A stretch of DNA of 64,000 nt from contig CAUTSC010000001.1 in the NCBI GenBank assembly GCA_963541275.1, forward strand, positions 73,879 to 137,878, written 5' to 3'. Shown piece after piece: positions 7,892 to 19,748 of this stretch. The notes beneath the pieces are model-generated. The model was not told the origin of the DNA. It did no database searches and saw only the letters and a list, made by a program, of their open reading frames with translations. A program made the translations under genes and the position numbers. Numbering within the stretch: position 1 is the first letter of the stretch; each line of letters opens with the position of its first letter. Source of the DNA: an uncultured Pseudomonadota bacterium. GTDB taxonomy: Bacteria; Pseudomonadota; Alphaproteobacteria; Rs-D84; CACZYB01.

Positions 7892-8467
7892 TTAAATTTT
7901 TTGCATTTTTAATTTTTCTTGCCTTTTCATCTCGTATTTCATTGCAAGTTTGTAAGAAATAATTGTTGAAATAATACACCAAGGAATACATCCAACAACC
8001 ATTGACACACCCCAATCTTTAAGCAAAATTTTAAAAATCAAAGTCCATTTATCAAGAAAAGAAATATCCCCCATAAAATTTTCTTTTACCACACCAACAA
8101 GCATACTATAACCGGAACTATCAACCACACCACCACGCATAAATTGACCAGTTATATAAAACACATAATAAACCGGAATCATAGTTATAACATTCGTAAT
8201 CCAAGTAAATGCAAGCCCCAAAGCAAGAGAAAAATCAAACTTGAAAAATTTTTTAAAAATAACCCAAGTTATAAACACAAGCCACATTTGTATTCCAATA
8301 AGTGGGGTCATAGCCCACGCAACACCAACCGCAATCCCCCTTGCCTTTACAACAGGTGGCAATTTTACACGTTTCACAGGAATAAATAACCTGTACTTAA
8401 CAACCCTTTTTATCCTTTCCCACAAATTATATTTTTTTAATCCCATACAAAAATTCCAAAATAACAA
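7892..8467 (-). CDS. DUF2062-family inner-membrane protein.
   Basis: ARGIAVGVAWAMTPLIGIQMWLVF motif typical of DUF2062, with multiple transmembrane segments. Confidence 0.5.
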   Translation of the reverse strand: MLFWNFCMGLKKYNLWERIKRVVKYRLFIPVKRVKLPPVVKARGIAVGVAWAMTPLIGIQMWLVFITWVIFKKFFKFDFSLALGLAFTWITNVITMIPVYYVFYITGQFMRGGVVDSSGYSMLVGVVKENFMGDISFLDKWTLIFKILLKDWGVSMVVGCIPWCIISTIISYKLAMKYEMKRQEKLKMQKI

Positions 8468-8506
8468 AAAAAATATACTTTTAATAAAAATTCAAGTCAA
8501 ACAATA

Positions 8507-8896
8507 AAACAATTATCTTTGTTTTTGGTTTTTAACAAGGTCATCTTTCAAATCATTAAGTGATGGATATTTTAAAACTAAATCTCTATAAATTTTAATA
8601 TTGTTTATCTTTTTTATCTTTTGATACAATTTTTAATAATTGTTCTTCTATTTTTTTCTCTAAAACCAAAATTTTTTTATATATTTATCAAATTCAACTG
8701 CAATAAATGGATTTTTAACAACAATATTATATGGAACATATTTTTCTAACTTATCTGATGAATCATAAAACTTTTCAAGTCTTTGATCTTTAATTGAATA
8801 ATACAACCTTGATAACTCTGCGAAAACAATATCACCTGTACTCCTACCTAAAATCATAAACAACATACTATGATCTTCAAAACTCTTCATAATCAC
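8507..8896 (-). pseudogene. Degenerate, frameshifted duplicate of the 9326..9772 gene.
   Basis: 8660..8896 encodes FYDSSDKLEKYVPYNIVVKNPFIAVEFDKYIKKF, equivalent to FYNFADPLHEYIPYIIANKNPSIAVEFNKFIKNI in the intact copy. The nucleotide homology continues to 8507 (encoding ...KNQKQR) but out of frame. Confidence 0.6.
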
Positions 8897-8911
8897 TCCT
8901 TAAAAATTTAC

Positions 8912-8986
8912 TGGCTGGGGTGGCTGGATTCGAACCAACGAATGGCGGTACCAGAAACCGCTGCCTTACCGCTTGGCGACACCCCA
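8912..8986 (-). tRNA. tRNA-Gln (anticodon CUG).
   Basis: Manual fold: acceptor UGGGGUG/CACCCCA, anticodon stem GCGGU/ACCGC, loop UUCUGGU, T-loop GGUUCGAAUCC, CCA encoded. Closely resembles E. coli tRNA-Gln. Confidence 0.85.
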
Positions 8987-9040
8987 AAAATAATGAACTA
9001 AATAATACTATTTCCAAACATTAAGTCAAATGATAAAAAG

Positions 9041-9319
9041 TTATCTCTGTTTATTATTTTGTAAAGAATTAAATTCAATAACATCATACAGCATTTTATC
9101 AACTATCTCAAATCTTGGTTTTCCATCAATTTTTTCCTGCCAAATTGAAAGAGGTCTACACCACACCTGATTTTTTGGAAAATCTTTTCCTTTATATAAA
9201 GCTTTATAAATCACAATATCTTCTAAAGTTTCCGAATTTTTTCCAACAGCTATCACTTGATACAATTGATGATTTTTATAATGCTTGTAAATTGCACCTA
9301 TTTTAATTTTTTCATACAT
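9041..9319 (-). CDS. DUF1653 domain protein.
   Basis: IYKHYKNHQLYQVIAVGKNSETLEDIVIYKALYKG...VWCRPL matches the DUF1653 signature (YRHYKG..Y.V...HSET.E.LVVY.ALYG...WVRPL). Confidence 0.6.
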   Translation of the reverse strand: MYEKIKIGAIYKHYKNHQLYQVIAVGKNSETLEDIVIYKALYKGKDFPKNQVWCRPLSIWQEKIDGKPRFEIVDKMLYDVIEFNSLQNNKQR

Positions 9320-9325
9320 AAAAAT

Positions 9326-9772
9326 TTATCTCTGTTTTTGATTTTTCAAAAGTTCTTTTTTTAAATCGTTTAAAGTTAAATATTTCAAAACTAAACTTTC
9401 ATACCCTTTTACACTATTTTTTAATTTTAAAAGTAAATCTTCATAATTTTTATCAACTTTTTCATTTCTATTTTTAAATCTTAACTTATCCATAAGGTTA
9501 TTTATTTTTGCCTCTAAAACCAAAATATTTTTGATAAATTTATTAAATTCCACAGCAATAGATGGATTTTTATTTGCAATAATATAAGGAATATATTCAT
9601 GTAAAGGATCTGCAAAATTATAAAATTTCATAATCCTTTGATTTTTAAGTGCATGATAATGTTTTGCAAGATCACTAAACCTGGTATCTTCATTATGCAC
9701 AACAGATAAAATTTTATCTATCTCATCCTGAGTCAACATATTAGTTTGAGATACAACCTTTTTCATAATCAC
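9326..9772 (-). CDS. Hypothetical protein (148 aa), intact copy of the duplicated gene that follows tRNA-Gln.
   Basis: ORF with AGGAG-like RBS; homologous to pseudogene 8507..8896. Confidence 0.5.
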   Translation of the reverse strand: MIMKKVVSQTNMLTQDEIDKILSVVHNEDTRFSDLAKHYHALKNQRIMKFYNFADPLHEYIPYIIANKNPSIAVEFNKFIKNILVLEAKINNLMDKLRFKNRNEKVDKNYEDLLLKLKNSVKGYESLVLKYLTLNDLKKELLKNQKQR

Positions 9773-9788
9773 TCCTTAAAACTCTTAT

Positions 9789-9863
9789 TGGCTGGGGTGG
9801 CTGGATTCGAACCAACGAATGGCGGAACCAAAATCCGCTGCCTTACCGCTTGGCAACACCCCA
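9789..9863 (-). tRNA. tRNA-Gln (anticodon UUG).
   Basis: Same scaffold as the 8912..8986 tRNA. Anticodon loop UUUUGGU; anticodon stem GCGGA/UCCGC. Confidence 0.85.
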
Positions 9864-9869
9864 AAAGAC

Positions 9870-10176
9870 CACATTACTATAAAAATTTTATAAACAAAAA
9901 TCAACCTTTATTTTTTAATAAAAATATGTGAATAAATTGTTAATAGATTGTGAATAACTTTCATTTTTTATCTATATTTTTATAAACTAAAAAGTTATTA
10001 ACATTTTTACTAACAATCATAAATTTTTATAAAAGTTATAAACATGTTAATAGATTCCGCACAACATAGTAAATATAAACAATTTTATTTTAAAATTTTA
10101 ATTTTTTCCGTGAATAAATAAGTGAATAAAATTTTATAAACATTATCAACAATACAACAACAACTATTATATTTAT
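9870..10176. other. Candidate chromosomal replication origin (DnaA-box cluster in an AT-rich intergenic region next to rsmG).
   Basis: Two exact matches to TGTGNATAA (the reverse complement of TTATNCACA) at ~9932 and ~9950. One-mismatch boxes CGTGAATAA and AGTGAATAA at ~10109 and ~10122, and TTATCAACA at ~10152. ~80% AT. Directly repeated TGTTAATAGATT at ~9938 and ~10046. Confidence 0.4.
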
Positions 10177-10731
10177 TTATAATTTAGTTATATTTTTAAT
10201 GTAAATAATATTTCCATTTTTTACTTTAAAAACTTTATAATCAAAACAAAATTTTTTCATTGCATCATCTATCTCACTTTTCACATTAACACCTTTTAAT
10301 AAAAAAAATTCTGTATTTTTATTTATAATATTAAAAGTAAGTTTTATAAAATTTTCTATACTTGCAAATGCACGTCCAATAATAACATCTGCTTTTACAT
10401 TTTTTATATTTTCAACTCTGCAATTTAAAATATTCACATCCAAATTATACAGATTTTTAATCTGATTTAAAAATATACATTTTCTTTCATCACTTTCAAC
10501 AAGGGTGATATTTTTAATTCCTGAAATAGCAAGTACCAAAGCCGGAAAACCAGCACCACTTCCAACATCAAAAATATTTTTTTTATCCTTTAAAAATGAG
10601 GTAAGTAATAAACTATTTTCAAAATGACGCTCCCATAAATCATTTATTGTACTATTACTGATAAGATTTATAGTTTTTTGCCATTTTAAAAGCGTTTCAA
10701 TATATAAATCAAAAATTTTCTTATCAATCAT
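10177..10731 (-). CDS. rsmG: 16S rRNA (guanine527-N7)-methyltransferase RsmG (GidB).
   Basis: SAM-binding motif DVGSGAGFPALVLAI, with length and architecture typical of RsmG. Confidence 0.85.
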   Translation of the reverse strand: MIDKKIFDLYIETLLKWQKTINLISNSTINDLWERHFENSLLLTSFLKDKKNIFDVGSGAGFPALVLAISGIKNITLVESDERKCIFLNQIKNLYNLDVNILNCRVENIKNVKADVIIGRAFASIENFIKLTFNIINKNTEFFLLKGVNVKSEIDDAMKKFCFDYKVFKVKNGNIIYIKNITKL

Positions 10732-10803
10732 TTTAAAATTTAAACTTTTCTATAAACATTATTTATGATATAATAACATAAAAATAAAGAAAACAAAACC
10801 ACT

Positions 10804-12495
10804 ATGAAAAATATTTTAAAACTTATTTTTATTCCTATATTTATAATTTATTTTATAATAATCAAACTGCCATACAAAAATGCAAAAATTGAAATACAAA
10901 ATAAATATAATTTTACAGAAAATAAATATGGTAATTTTTTAAGTGAAAAATTTGCAGGTAAAAATAATGATTATCAAACAATAAAAAAATTTCATAAAAA
11001 AGATAATGATATAAAAACTTACTTACTTACAACAATACCAAAAAAATATGATATAAATAAAGTTAAAAACCTTGGACTACAAACATTAAAAAAAGATAAA
11101 AATGATATAACTGCCGGTCTTTTTTTATTTAAATATTATTTTTATAAAAAAGATTATAAAACTTCCATAAATTATTTAAAAAAAATAGATGATAAAAAAT
11201 TTACAAAAATCTTACTTTATGCATGGAATTTAGCAGCATTAAAACAATATTCAAAATCATTGGATTATCTGGAATCTTTTCTTGAAAATAAAAAATACGA
11301 AAGATACAGAAAATATATTTTAATGAATCTTGGTCTTATTGCAGAACTTGGTGGTGAAAAAATTTTTGCTGCTGAATGTTATGATGAAATAATTGAATCG
11401 GAAAAGCCGGATATTTATGACATAGAAAAAATCACAGCATTTTATATAAAAACAAAAAAAGAAAAAAAAGCTTTTGAGATTTTAGAAAATTATTACAAAA
11501 AAAATCCAACATCCCTTGCAAGTTTTAATTTATATGAAACATACAAAAATAAAACCTATATTCCAACTGGTATTAAAGATATAAATACAGGTATGGCAAA
11601 GGCAATTTTTGACACTGCTTATATAAATTTTCCATTACATAATGAAAAAAATTATACAGATTTTTTAACAACCTTGTCATTTGTAAACTATTTTGATAAA
11701 GAATTTTATATGGCAGATTTAATAACAGCCGAAATTTATAAAAAGTTGCAAAATAAAGAAATGTTTAATGCTTTTTTAATGCCTGTTCCACAAAATCATT
11801 ATTTATATCAATTGATGGAACATACAAAAATTGAATATATGATAAAAGATGAAAATACCAGAAAAAATGCCATAAACGAATATAAAAATCTATTAACAAA
11901 ATACAATAAAAACCCAGTATTTTTTTATAATATTGCTGAATTTTTAAGAGAAGATAAAAATTATAAAGAAGCAATTGAAAATTATACAACAGCAATAAAT
12001 TTAACAAACAATGATAGTTTTAAAGGTAAAATATTTTATAAACGTGGTATCTCATACTATGAAAATAGTGATTATGATAAAGCATTAACAGATTTTAAAC
12101 AGGCACAAAAATTAAAAAACAATGACTATCAATTTTTAACTTACTATTCAAATATTTTAATAAATAAAAATATAGATCTTAATAAAGGTATTGATTTAAT
12201 AGAAAAGGCATTAAATCAAAATCCAATAAACAGCGCACTTTGGAATAATTTAGGACTGGCTTTTTATAAAAAAAATGATTTTAAATCTGCACTTTCAATG
12301 TTTGAACTTGCAAAAAATCTTGATCCAACCAACGCGAATATTATAAATAATCTTGGTGATTGTTATAATAAAATGGGCAGAAACCGAGAAGCAATTTTTG
12401 AATGGAAAAAAGTATTAAAGATTATAGAAAACCACCCAACAAAAGATTTAAATATCACAGAACTTAATATTAAAATAGATAGTATCAAAGAATAA
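10804..12495 (+). CDS. TPR-repeat protein with an N-terminal membrane anchor or signal sequence.
   Basis: Multiple TPR units in the C-terminal half (ALWNNLGLAFYKKNDFKSALSMFELAKNLDPTNANIINNLGDCYNKMGRNREAI). Confidence 0.7.
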   Translation: MKNILKLIFIPIFIIYFIIIKLPYKNAKIEIQNKYNFTENKYGNFLSEKFAGKNNDYQTIKKFHKKDNDIKTYLLTTIPKKYDINKVKNLGLQTLKKDKNDITAGLFLFKYYFYKKDYKTSINYLKKIDDKKFTKILLYAWNLAALKQYSKSLDYLESFLENKKYERYRKYILMNLGLIAELGGEKIFAAECYDEIIESEKPDIYDIEKITAFYIKTKKEKKAFEILENYYKKNPTSLASFNLYETYKNKTYIPTGIKDINTGMAKAIFDTAYINFPLHNEKNYTDFLTTLSFVNYFDKEFYMADLITAEIYKKLQNKEMFNAFLMPVPQNHYLYQLMEHTKIEYMIKDENTRKNAINEYKNLLTKYNKNPVFFYNIAEFLREDKNYKEAIENYTTAINLTNNDSFKGKIFYKRGISYYENSDYDKALTDFKQAQKLKNNDYQFLTYYSNILINKNIDLNKGIDLIEKALNQNPINSALWNNLGLAFYKKNDFKSALSMFELAKNLDPTNANIINNLGDCYNKMGRNREAIFEWKKVLKIIENHPTKDLNITELNIKIDSIKE

Positions 12496-12625
12496 AAACC
12501 AGACATTTTTTACCTTTTAAAATAGTTTTTTATTGTAAATAAGAATAAAATTTATTGTTTAAAGTTGATAAAAATTACCGGAATTTTCATGAAATATCAG
12601 GTGATTTCATCTGCCATGAATAATA

Positions 12626-12650
12626 ATAAAAAAGCACGCTTTCACGTGCT
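12626..12650 (-). terminator. Rho-independent terminator of the 12676..13611 lipoprotein gene.
   Basis: Stem AGCACG/CGTGCT (12633-12650) followed on the minus strand by UUUUUU. Confidence 0.5.
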
Positions 12651-12675
12651 GTGTTAAATAAATTGCAATATGTTA

Positions 12676-13611
12676 TTATTGCTTTTTCATTCCAAACACC
12701 CCATCAAGAGTATAACCAGTTGTACCTTGTTGCATATTTACTTTATATCCACCAATTATTTCTTTATTATCAAGAATTTTATGCTTCCAAACAGGCTTTA
12801 AATCTTCACGATTCATAAAATGTAAATTAGGATCTGACAATCTCCAAGTATCAACATCACCAACAGTACCATTTTCTAAATTTACATTTTTTACAGTCAT
12901 TGTTTTATTCCATTTATTATATTTAAAAATAAGGTCGCCCGTTGTTTGATTTGCACCTATTGTCATTTTTGCAGTTCCGGTTAAATTATCATAAGAAAAT
13001 TTATTTCCCGGTTCTCTTGTTGTTAATATTGCACTAGTTGTACCAGAAAAAGTTATATCTTGTTCTGGTTTCACAAATGGAACTTCTTTATCCTTTTGTG
13101 TAAAAATCACAGATTCATAAGCTTTTACTTTTTTACCTCCAAAAGGTACTAAAAATTCTAAAAATCCATAATTACCATAACTTAAATCACTTTTTGCAAT
13201 TTTTAATTTTGTATCCATTTCAACAATTTGACTTGTACCATCTGAATTATTTAACTTATGCTTCATTTTTTTATATTCTGTTTCATCAAAAACTTCACCT
13301 TTTTTCATTTTATTTACATCAAAAGCAAAAGTTTGTTCATTATCTTTTACTGTATATTGCCATTTATCTCCAACTTTTTTTAATCCTACATCACCACTAT
13401 TAGAATTAAATTCTGTGCCAGATGGTAATTGTGCCAACTTTCCTGCAATATCTTTTGGTACTTCTGGTTTTGGAGTTGGTGTTGGCGTATTTCCACCTGG
13501 TTTTTGTGTCTGTGTTTCAGGTTGCATTTTTTGATATACTCCACCTTTACTGCTACACCCAGCTACCATTACAACACTTGCCAAAACTAACATTGATACT
13601 TTGTTTTTCAT
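12676..13611 (-). CDS. Putative lipoprotein with a Pro/Thr-rich linker.
   Basis: Lipobox LVLASVVMVAGCSS; linker GGNTPTPTPKPEVP; C-terminal domain of unknown function. Confidence 0.6.
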   Translation of the reverse strand: MKNKVSMLVLASVVMVAGCSSKGGVYQKMQPETQTQKPGGNTPTPTPKPEVPKDIAGKLAQLPSGTEFNSNSGDVGLKKVGDKWQYTVKDNEQTFAFDVNKMKKGEVFDETEYKKMKHKLNNSDGTSQIVEMDTKLKIAKSDLSYGNYGFLEFLVPFGGKKVKAYESVIFTQKDKEVPFVKPEQDITFSGTTSAILTTREPGNKFSYDNLTGTAKMTIGANQTTGDLIFKYNKWNKTMTVKNVNLENGTVGDVDTWRLSDPNLHFMNREDLKPVWKHKILDNKEIIGGYKVNMQQGTTGYTLDGVFGMKKQ

Positions 13612-13723
13612 AGTTTTTTCCTTTTTTTGTTAATAAATCACTTTGTTTTATTGTTATATCAACAAAGGATTCAAAATTGCCTGTAAATATTATAATGTTA
13701 AAAATTTGATTTTACAAGAATTT

Positions 13724-15772
<2,049 letters not shown>

Positions 15773-15777
15773 TCATA

Positions 15778-16494
15778 TTATAATAAATTATATAATGATA
15801 ATACAGACATTGCAGCAGTTTCCGCCCTTAAAATCTGTGAACCAAGTGATATACTTACAGCCGGTGTTTTTGACAATATTTCAAATTCACTATTATCAAA
15901 ACCACCCTCTGGTCCTATTAAAAAAGAAACTGGTTTATCATGTAATTGTTGTAATAACCCAGCTTTATTTTTAATCTCCACCCTTTCATCCAGGTAAATT
16001 AAATTCCGCATATTAAAATCAAAACTTGCAATCTTTTCTGTAAATGAAACAAGTTTATTTACTTTTGGAATTGAAAGTCGTCTTGACTGCTCGGATGCTT
16101 GTTTTACAATTTCATTCATCCTTAAAATATTTACATCTTTAACCGCAGAATTTTTCGTCAAAACAGGTGATAAAGTTTTCACACCCAACTCACAAGTTTT
16201 TTCAATTAAAAAATCCTGTCTATTATGTTTGATAGGAGAAAAAATTATTTCTGTATCAGGTAATTTTTCATCATCACTTTTTCTTGTTTGCAAAACCAAA
16301 TTCAAAACTAAATCATTTTTTTTTATATCAATAACTTTTGCTTCAAACTCTCCACACATTTCATTAAAAACATACACAATAAATCCACATTTTACCCGCA
16401 TCACATTTTTAAGATAATGAAAATCTTTGCCGCAAATAACAATTTCAGCACCCAAAGACAAATTTTGTTCATTATAAATGCGAATTTTTGACAT
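15778..16494 (-). CDS. rsmE: 16S rRNA (uracil1498-N3)-methyltransferase RsmE.
   Basis: 238 aa; C-terminal LIGPEGGFDNSEFEIL motif characteristic of RsmE. Confidence 0.75.
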   Translation of the reverse strand: MSKIRIYNEQNLSLGAEIVICGKDFHYLKNVMRVKCGFIVYVFNEMCGEFEAKVIDIKKNDLVLNLVLQTRKSDDEKLPDTEIIFSPIKHNRQDFLIEKTCELGVKTLSPVLTKNSAVKDVNILRMNEIVKQASEQSRRLSIPKVNKLVSFTEKIASFDFNMRNLIYLDERVEIKNKAGLLQQLHDKPVSFLIGPEGGFDNSEFEILSKTPAVSISLGSQILRAETAAMSVLSLYNLL

Positions 16495-16567
16495 ATAGTT
16501 TTGTTCTTTTCAAATTTTATGCTATTATATAGTAAATAAATTTAAAAACATTAAAATTTTAAAAGAT

Positions 16568-17350
16568 ATGAAAGATTTTTTTATAAAATTAAAATACTAT
16601 ATTCTTATTATATTGTCTGTTATCACAATAATAACAACTATTTTTATTTTAAGGAACAAACTTATTATACAAAAAGTTGATATTTTAAACAATATAAAAA
16701 TTGAATTTACTGGCAAACTTTTCATTCCACACAAACTTGCACATTTTCAAATTAAAAATAAACTTGTCCCTTTTGTAAGTAATGTTGATAATTTAACAGG
16801 GCTTAATTTAAAAACAATTTACAATGAACTTGAAAAAACAGCTTGGATTGAAAACTTGGCAGTGATAAGGATGTATCCAAACACACTTAAAATAATAATA
16901 AAACCTTATGATGTAATAGCATGTAAAGAAGAAGTTAACAAAATAACCGGTGATATTGAAAACTATCCTATCACAAAAGATGGACAATTATTAAAAGAAA
17001 ATGTTTTTTGCACTCGTATTAAATTTTCAAATGCAGATGATGTTCATATAACTGATATAGAAAATTTAAATGAAATAATGATTCCATCTGTGCCACAATT
17101 TTTAAAAACCCTGTCATTATATAATGATTTATTAAAATATATAAGTGGTATTGAAATCACAAATGAACTTTGTTTTAACTTAAAATTTTTTGATGGTGAA
17201 AATTTATTGCTTGTGAAATTGCCAGAAGATTATAAATCAGGTCTTGATAAATTGCTTTTGATGCAAACTGCAGATTCAATTTTAAGTAAGGATATAGAAG
17301 TTTTGGATTTAAGGATCAATGATAAACCTCTTGTAAAATTAAGGAAATAA
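16568..17350 (+). CDS. ftsQ: Cell division protein FtsQ-like (POTRA-containing).
   Basis: N-terminal transmembrane segment, 260 aa, immediately upstream of ftsA with a 1-nt gap. Confidence 0.6.
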   Translation: MKDFFIKLKYYILIILSVITIITTIFILRNKLIIQKVDILNNIKIEFTGKLFIPHKLAHFQIKNKLVPFVSNVDNLTGLNLKTIYNELEKTAWIENLAVIRMYPNTLKIIIKPYDVIACKEEVNKITGDIENYPITKDGQLLKENVFCTRIKFSNADDVHITDIENLNEIMIPSVPQFLKTLSLYNDLLKYISGIEITNELCFNLKFFDGENLLLVKLPEDYKSGLDKLLLMQTADSILSKDIEVLDLRINDKPLVKLRK

Positions 17351-17351
17351 A

Positions 17352-18590
17352 ATGAAACAATTAAACACAATTTTACTTCTTGAAATTGGCAGCGATAAAA
17401 TAATCGGTGTTTTATGTAAAGTCATAAAAGTAAATAATAAAAATACACTGGAATTTATAACAAATGAAGAAGTTAAAACACAAGGTATATTTGCAGGGAA
17501 AATAGTTGACAGATCAAAACTTTTAACATCTCTTAAATCTTTAAAAGATAACATAATACAAAAATCCGGTGTTAATATAAAAGACACAGCTTTAATAACA
17601 TCAAGTTTTGATTATAATTCAAAATTTATAACTGCAACAAATGATTTTACTTTTACCGAAGAAATCACACAAGAAACAATTGATAAAATAAAACAAAAAT
17701 TAAATTACACAGGAATAGTTGATTTAAATAAAGAGCAAATAATTCACATAATTCCAATAATATATAAAGTAAATAATAAACAGGTTGCAGATCCAATTGG
17801 GTTAAAAGCAAACAAACTTGAAATAAAATGTCATGTTTTGACTATACCGGTGGAAGATTATCAAGAAATAAAAACCTTGCTTGAAAAACTGGGGCTTGAT
17901 GTTTTTCATATAATTGCTGGAATCCGAAGCTCTATTATATCATCCCTTACAACCGATGAACAAAAATTAACAACTATGACAATAGATATAGGTAAAGGTA
18001 ATATCCAGCTGGGAATTATGAAAAACAACACACTTATTTATTGCCATAATTTTTCTGGTGGTACATCAAAAATAACAAAAAATTTAATGAAATATTTTAA
18101 TATAAATTATAACGAGGCAGTAAGAATAAAAAATAAATATGGTGTGAAAAAACCGGATTCAATTGATTTTTCACAAACGGCAGAAATAAATATTTTAGAT
18201 GCCGAAGGTGAAGAACAAAAAACAACAATAGATCTGTATAAAATTTTAAACATCACTTATAAATCTTTTGAAAAAATAGTAAATGACATAAAGCTTACTA
18301 TAAAAAATTTTCCAATAGAAAAAATCATCCTTGTTGGTGGTGTAAAAATGCTTGGAGTTGAAAATTTATTCAAAGAAAAATTTGATAAATTGATAAGAAT
18401 TGCAAAACCAGAAATTCCAGTCGCTATGCCAGCAGAATTTAAAGACGAAAAATATTCATCAATAACCGGCGCTTTTATATATATGGAAGATTTTATAAAG
18501 GATAAACAATTAACCTTTTCTTACAGCACAAAAATAAAAGAAAGGATAATAGAAGCCTTTAACCGATTTTTAAAAGAAAATTTTGAATAA
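17352..18590 (+). CDS. ftsA: Cell division protein FtsA.
   Basis: 412 aa actin-like ATPase with DIGKGNIQLGIM...NFSGGTSKITKNL phosphate-binding region; gene order ftsQ-ftsA. Confidence 0.8.
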   Translation: MKQLNTILLLEIGSDKIIGVLCKVIKVNNKNTLEFITNEEVKTQGIFAGKIVDRSKLLTSLKSLKDNIIQKSGVNIKDTALITSSFDYNSKFITATNDFTFTEEITQETIDKIKQKLNYTGIVDLNKEQIIHIIPIIYKVNNKQVADPIGLKANKLEIKCHVLTIPVEDYQEIKTLLEKLGLDVFHIIAGIRSSIISSLTTDEQKLTTMTIDIGKGNIQLGIMKNNTLIYCHNFSGGTSKITKNLMKYFNINYNEAVRIKNKYGVKKPDSIDFSQTAEINILDAEGEEQKTTIDLYKILNITYKSFEKIVNDIKLTIKNFPIEKIILVGGVKMLGVENLFKEKFDKLIRIAKPEIPVAMPAEFKDEKYSSITGAFIYMEDFIKDKQLTFSYSTKIKERIIEAFNRFLKENFE

Positions 18591-18724
18591 ACACTTGACA
18601 AATTCTTTTAATTTTCTATAATACATCTATATTTCATAAAATTTTAAATATGTGGAATATGTGATAAACGGCGAGTTTCGCTCTTTATCATTTTTTGTAT
18701 TATAAAAACGAAAGGTAAAAAATT

Positions 18725-19177
18725 ATGGCAGTTAAAATAAGACTTGCAAGACGCGGCTCAAAAAAAAGACCATTTTATCACATAGTAGTTGCAAACAGCC
18801 GTGATCCAAGAGATGGCAATTTTATTGAAAAAGTTGGAACTTATAATCCAATGCTTGAAAAAGGCGATGAAAAGAAAATAACACTTGTATCTGACAGAAT
18901 AAAATACTGGCTTTCAACTGGTGCACAACCAACAGACAGGGTTGCAAGATTTTTGGGTGATGCGGGTTTGATGGAAAAATATACTATTAAATCACAAACT
19001 AAACAACCACAACCAAAGGCAAAAGCTCAGGAACGTGCAAAACAACTTGCTGAGAAAGCTGCAGCAGCAGAAGAAGCAAAAAAACAAGCCGAAGAGCAAG
19101 CAAAAGCAGAATTTGAAGATAAAAAACCGGAATCTGCTCCTGCTGAAGCAACTGAAACTACAACAGAAAATGCTTAA
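18725..19177 (+). CDS. rpsP: 30S ribosomal protein S16 with a Lys/Ala/Glu-rich C-terminal extension.
   Basis: [42 protein letters not shown]. Confidence 0.9.
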   Translation: MAVKIRLARRGSKKRPFYHIVVANSRDPRDGNFIEKVGTYNPMLEKGDEKKITLVSDRIKYWLSTGAQPTDRVARFLGDAGLMEKYTIKSQTKQPQPKAKAQERAKQLAEKAAAAEEAKKQAEEQAKAEFEDKKPESAPAEATETTTENA

Positions 19178-19244
19178 ACTTTTTTGTTTAAATTTAAATC
19201 ATGAGTGTGATAATTATTGCACTCATTTTTTATAAAGGGCATAT

Positions 19245-19748
19245 ATGACAGATACAAATAAAATCCTTGTTGCAAAAATTATCTCGGCACATGGTATTCG
19301 TGGCGCTGTAAAAATATCAACTTTCACCTGCAATCCAAAGGATGTTTTTAACTATTCCCCACTTTACGATTCTCTAAATAATCAATACAACATTCAATTC
19401 GTTGGAACAGGGAAAAATTCCACAATCATAGCAAATGTAAATGATATAACAGATAGAAACGAAGCTGAACAATTAAAAGGAATTGAACTTTTTGCACCTC
19501 GTGATAAAATCACCACAAATGATGAAATTTTATTTAACGACCTGATAGGTTTCACCGCTACATCAAACGGAAAAAAAATTGGCATTATAACCGACATTTT
19601 AAATTATGGGGCAGGGGATATTTTGGAAATAAATACCGGAAATGATAAAAAAACAGCACTTATTTCCTATAACGAATACTCAATAAAACATGTAAATAAA
19701 GATACAAAGGAGATAGAAATTGACGAACAACACCTCGTGGAAAGTTAA
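19245..19748 (+). CDS. rimM: Ribosome maturation factor RimM.
   Basis: ILVAKIISAHGIRGAVKI N-terminus; rpsP-rimM-trmD synteny. Confidence 0.85.
   Translation: MTDTNKILVAKIISAHGIRGAVKISTFTCNPKDVFNYSPLYDSLNNQYNIQFVGTGKNSTIIANVNDITDRNEAEQLKGIELFAPRDKITTNDEILFNDLIGFTATSNGKKIGIITDILNYGAGDILEINTGNDKKTALISYNEYSIKHVNKDTKEIEIDEQHLVES

Noticed and set aside
19035-19177. Lys/Ala/Glu-rich C-terminal extension of ribosomal protein S16 as an unusual fusion.
   Set aside because: Charged low-complexity tails on S16 are common in alphaproteobacteria. The internal ORF 19035..19235 is just the same region in another frame.
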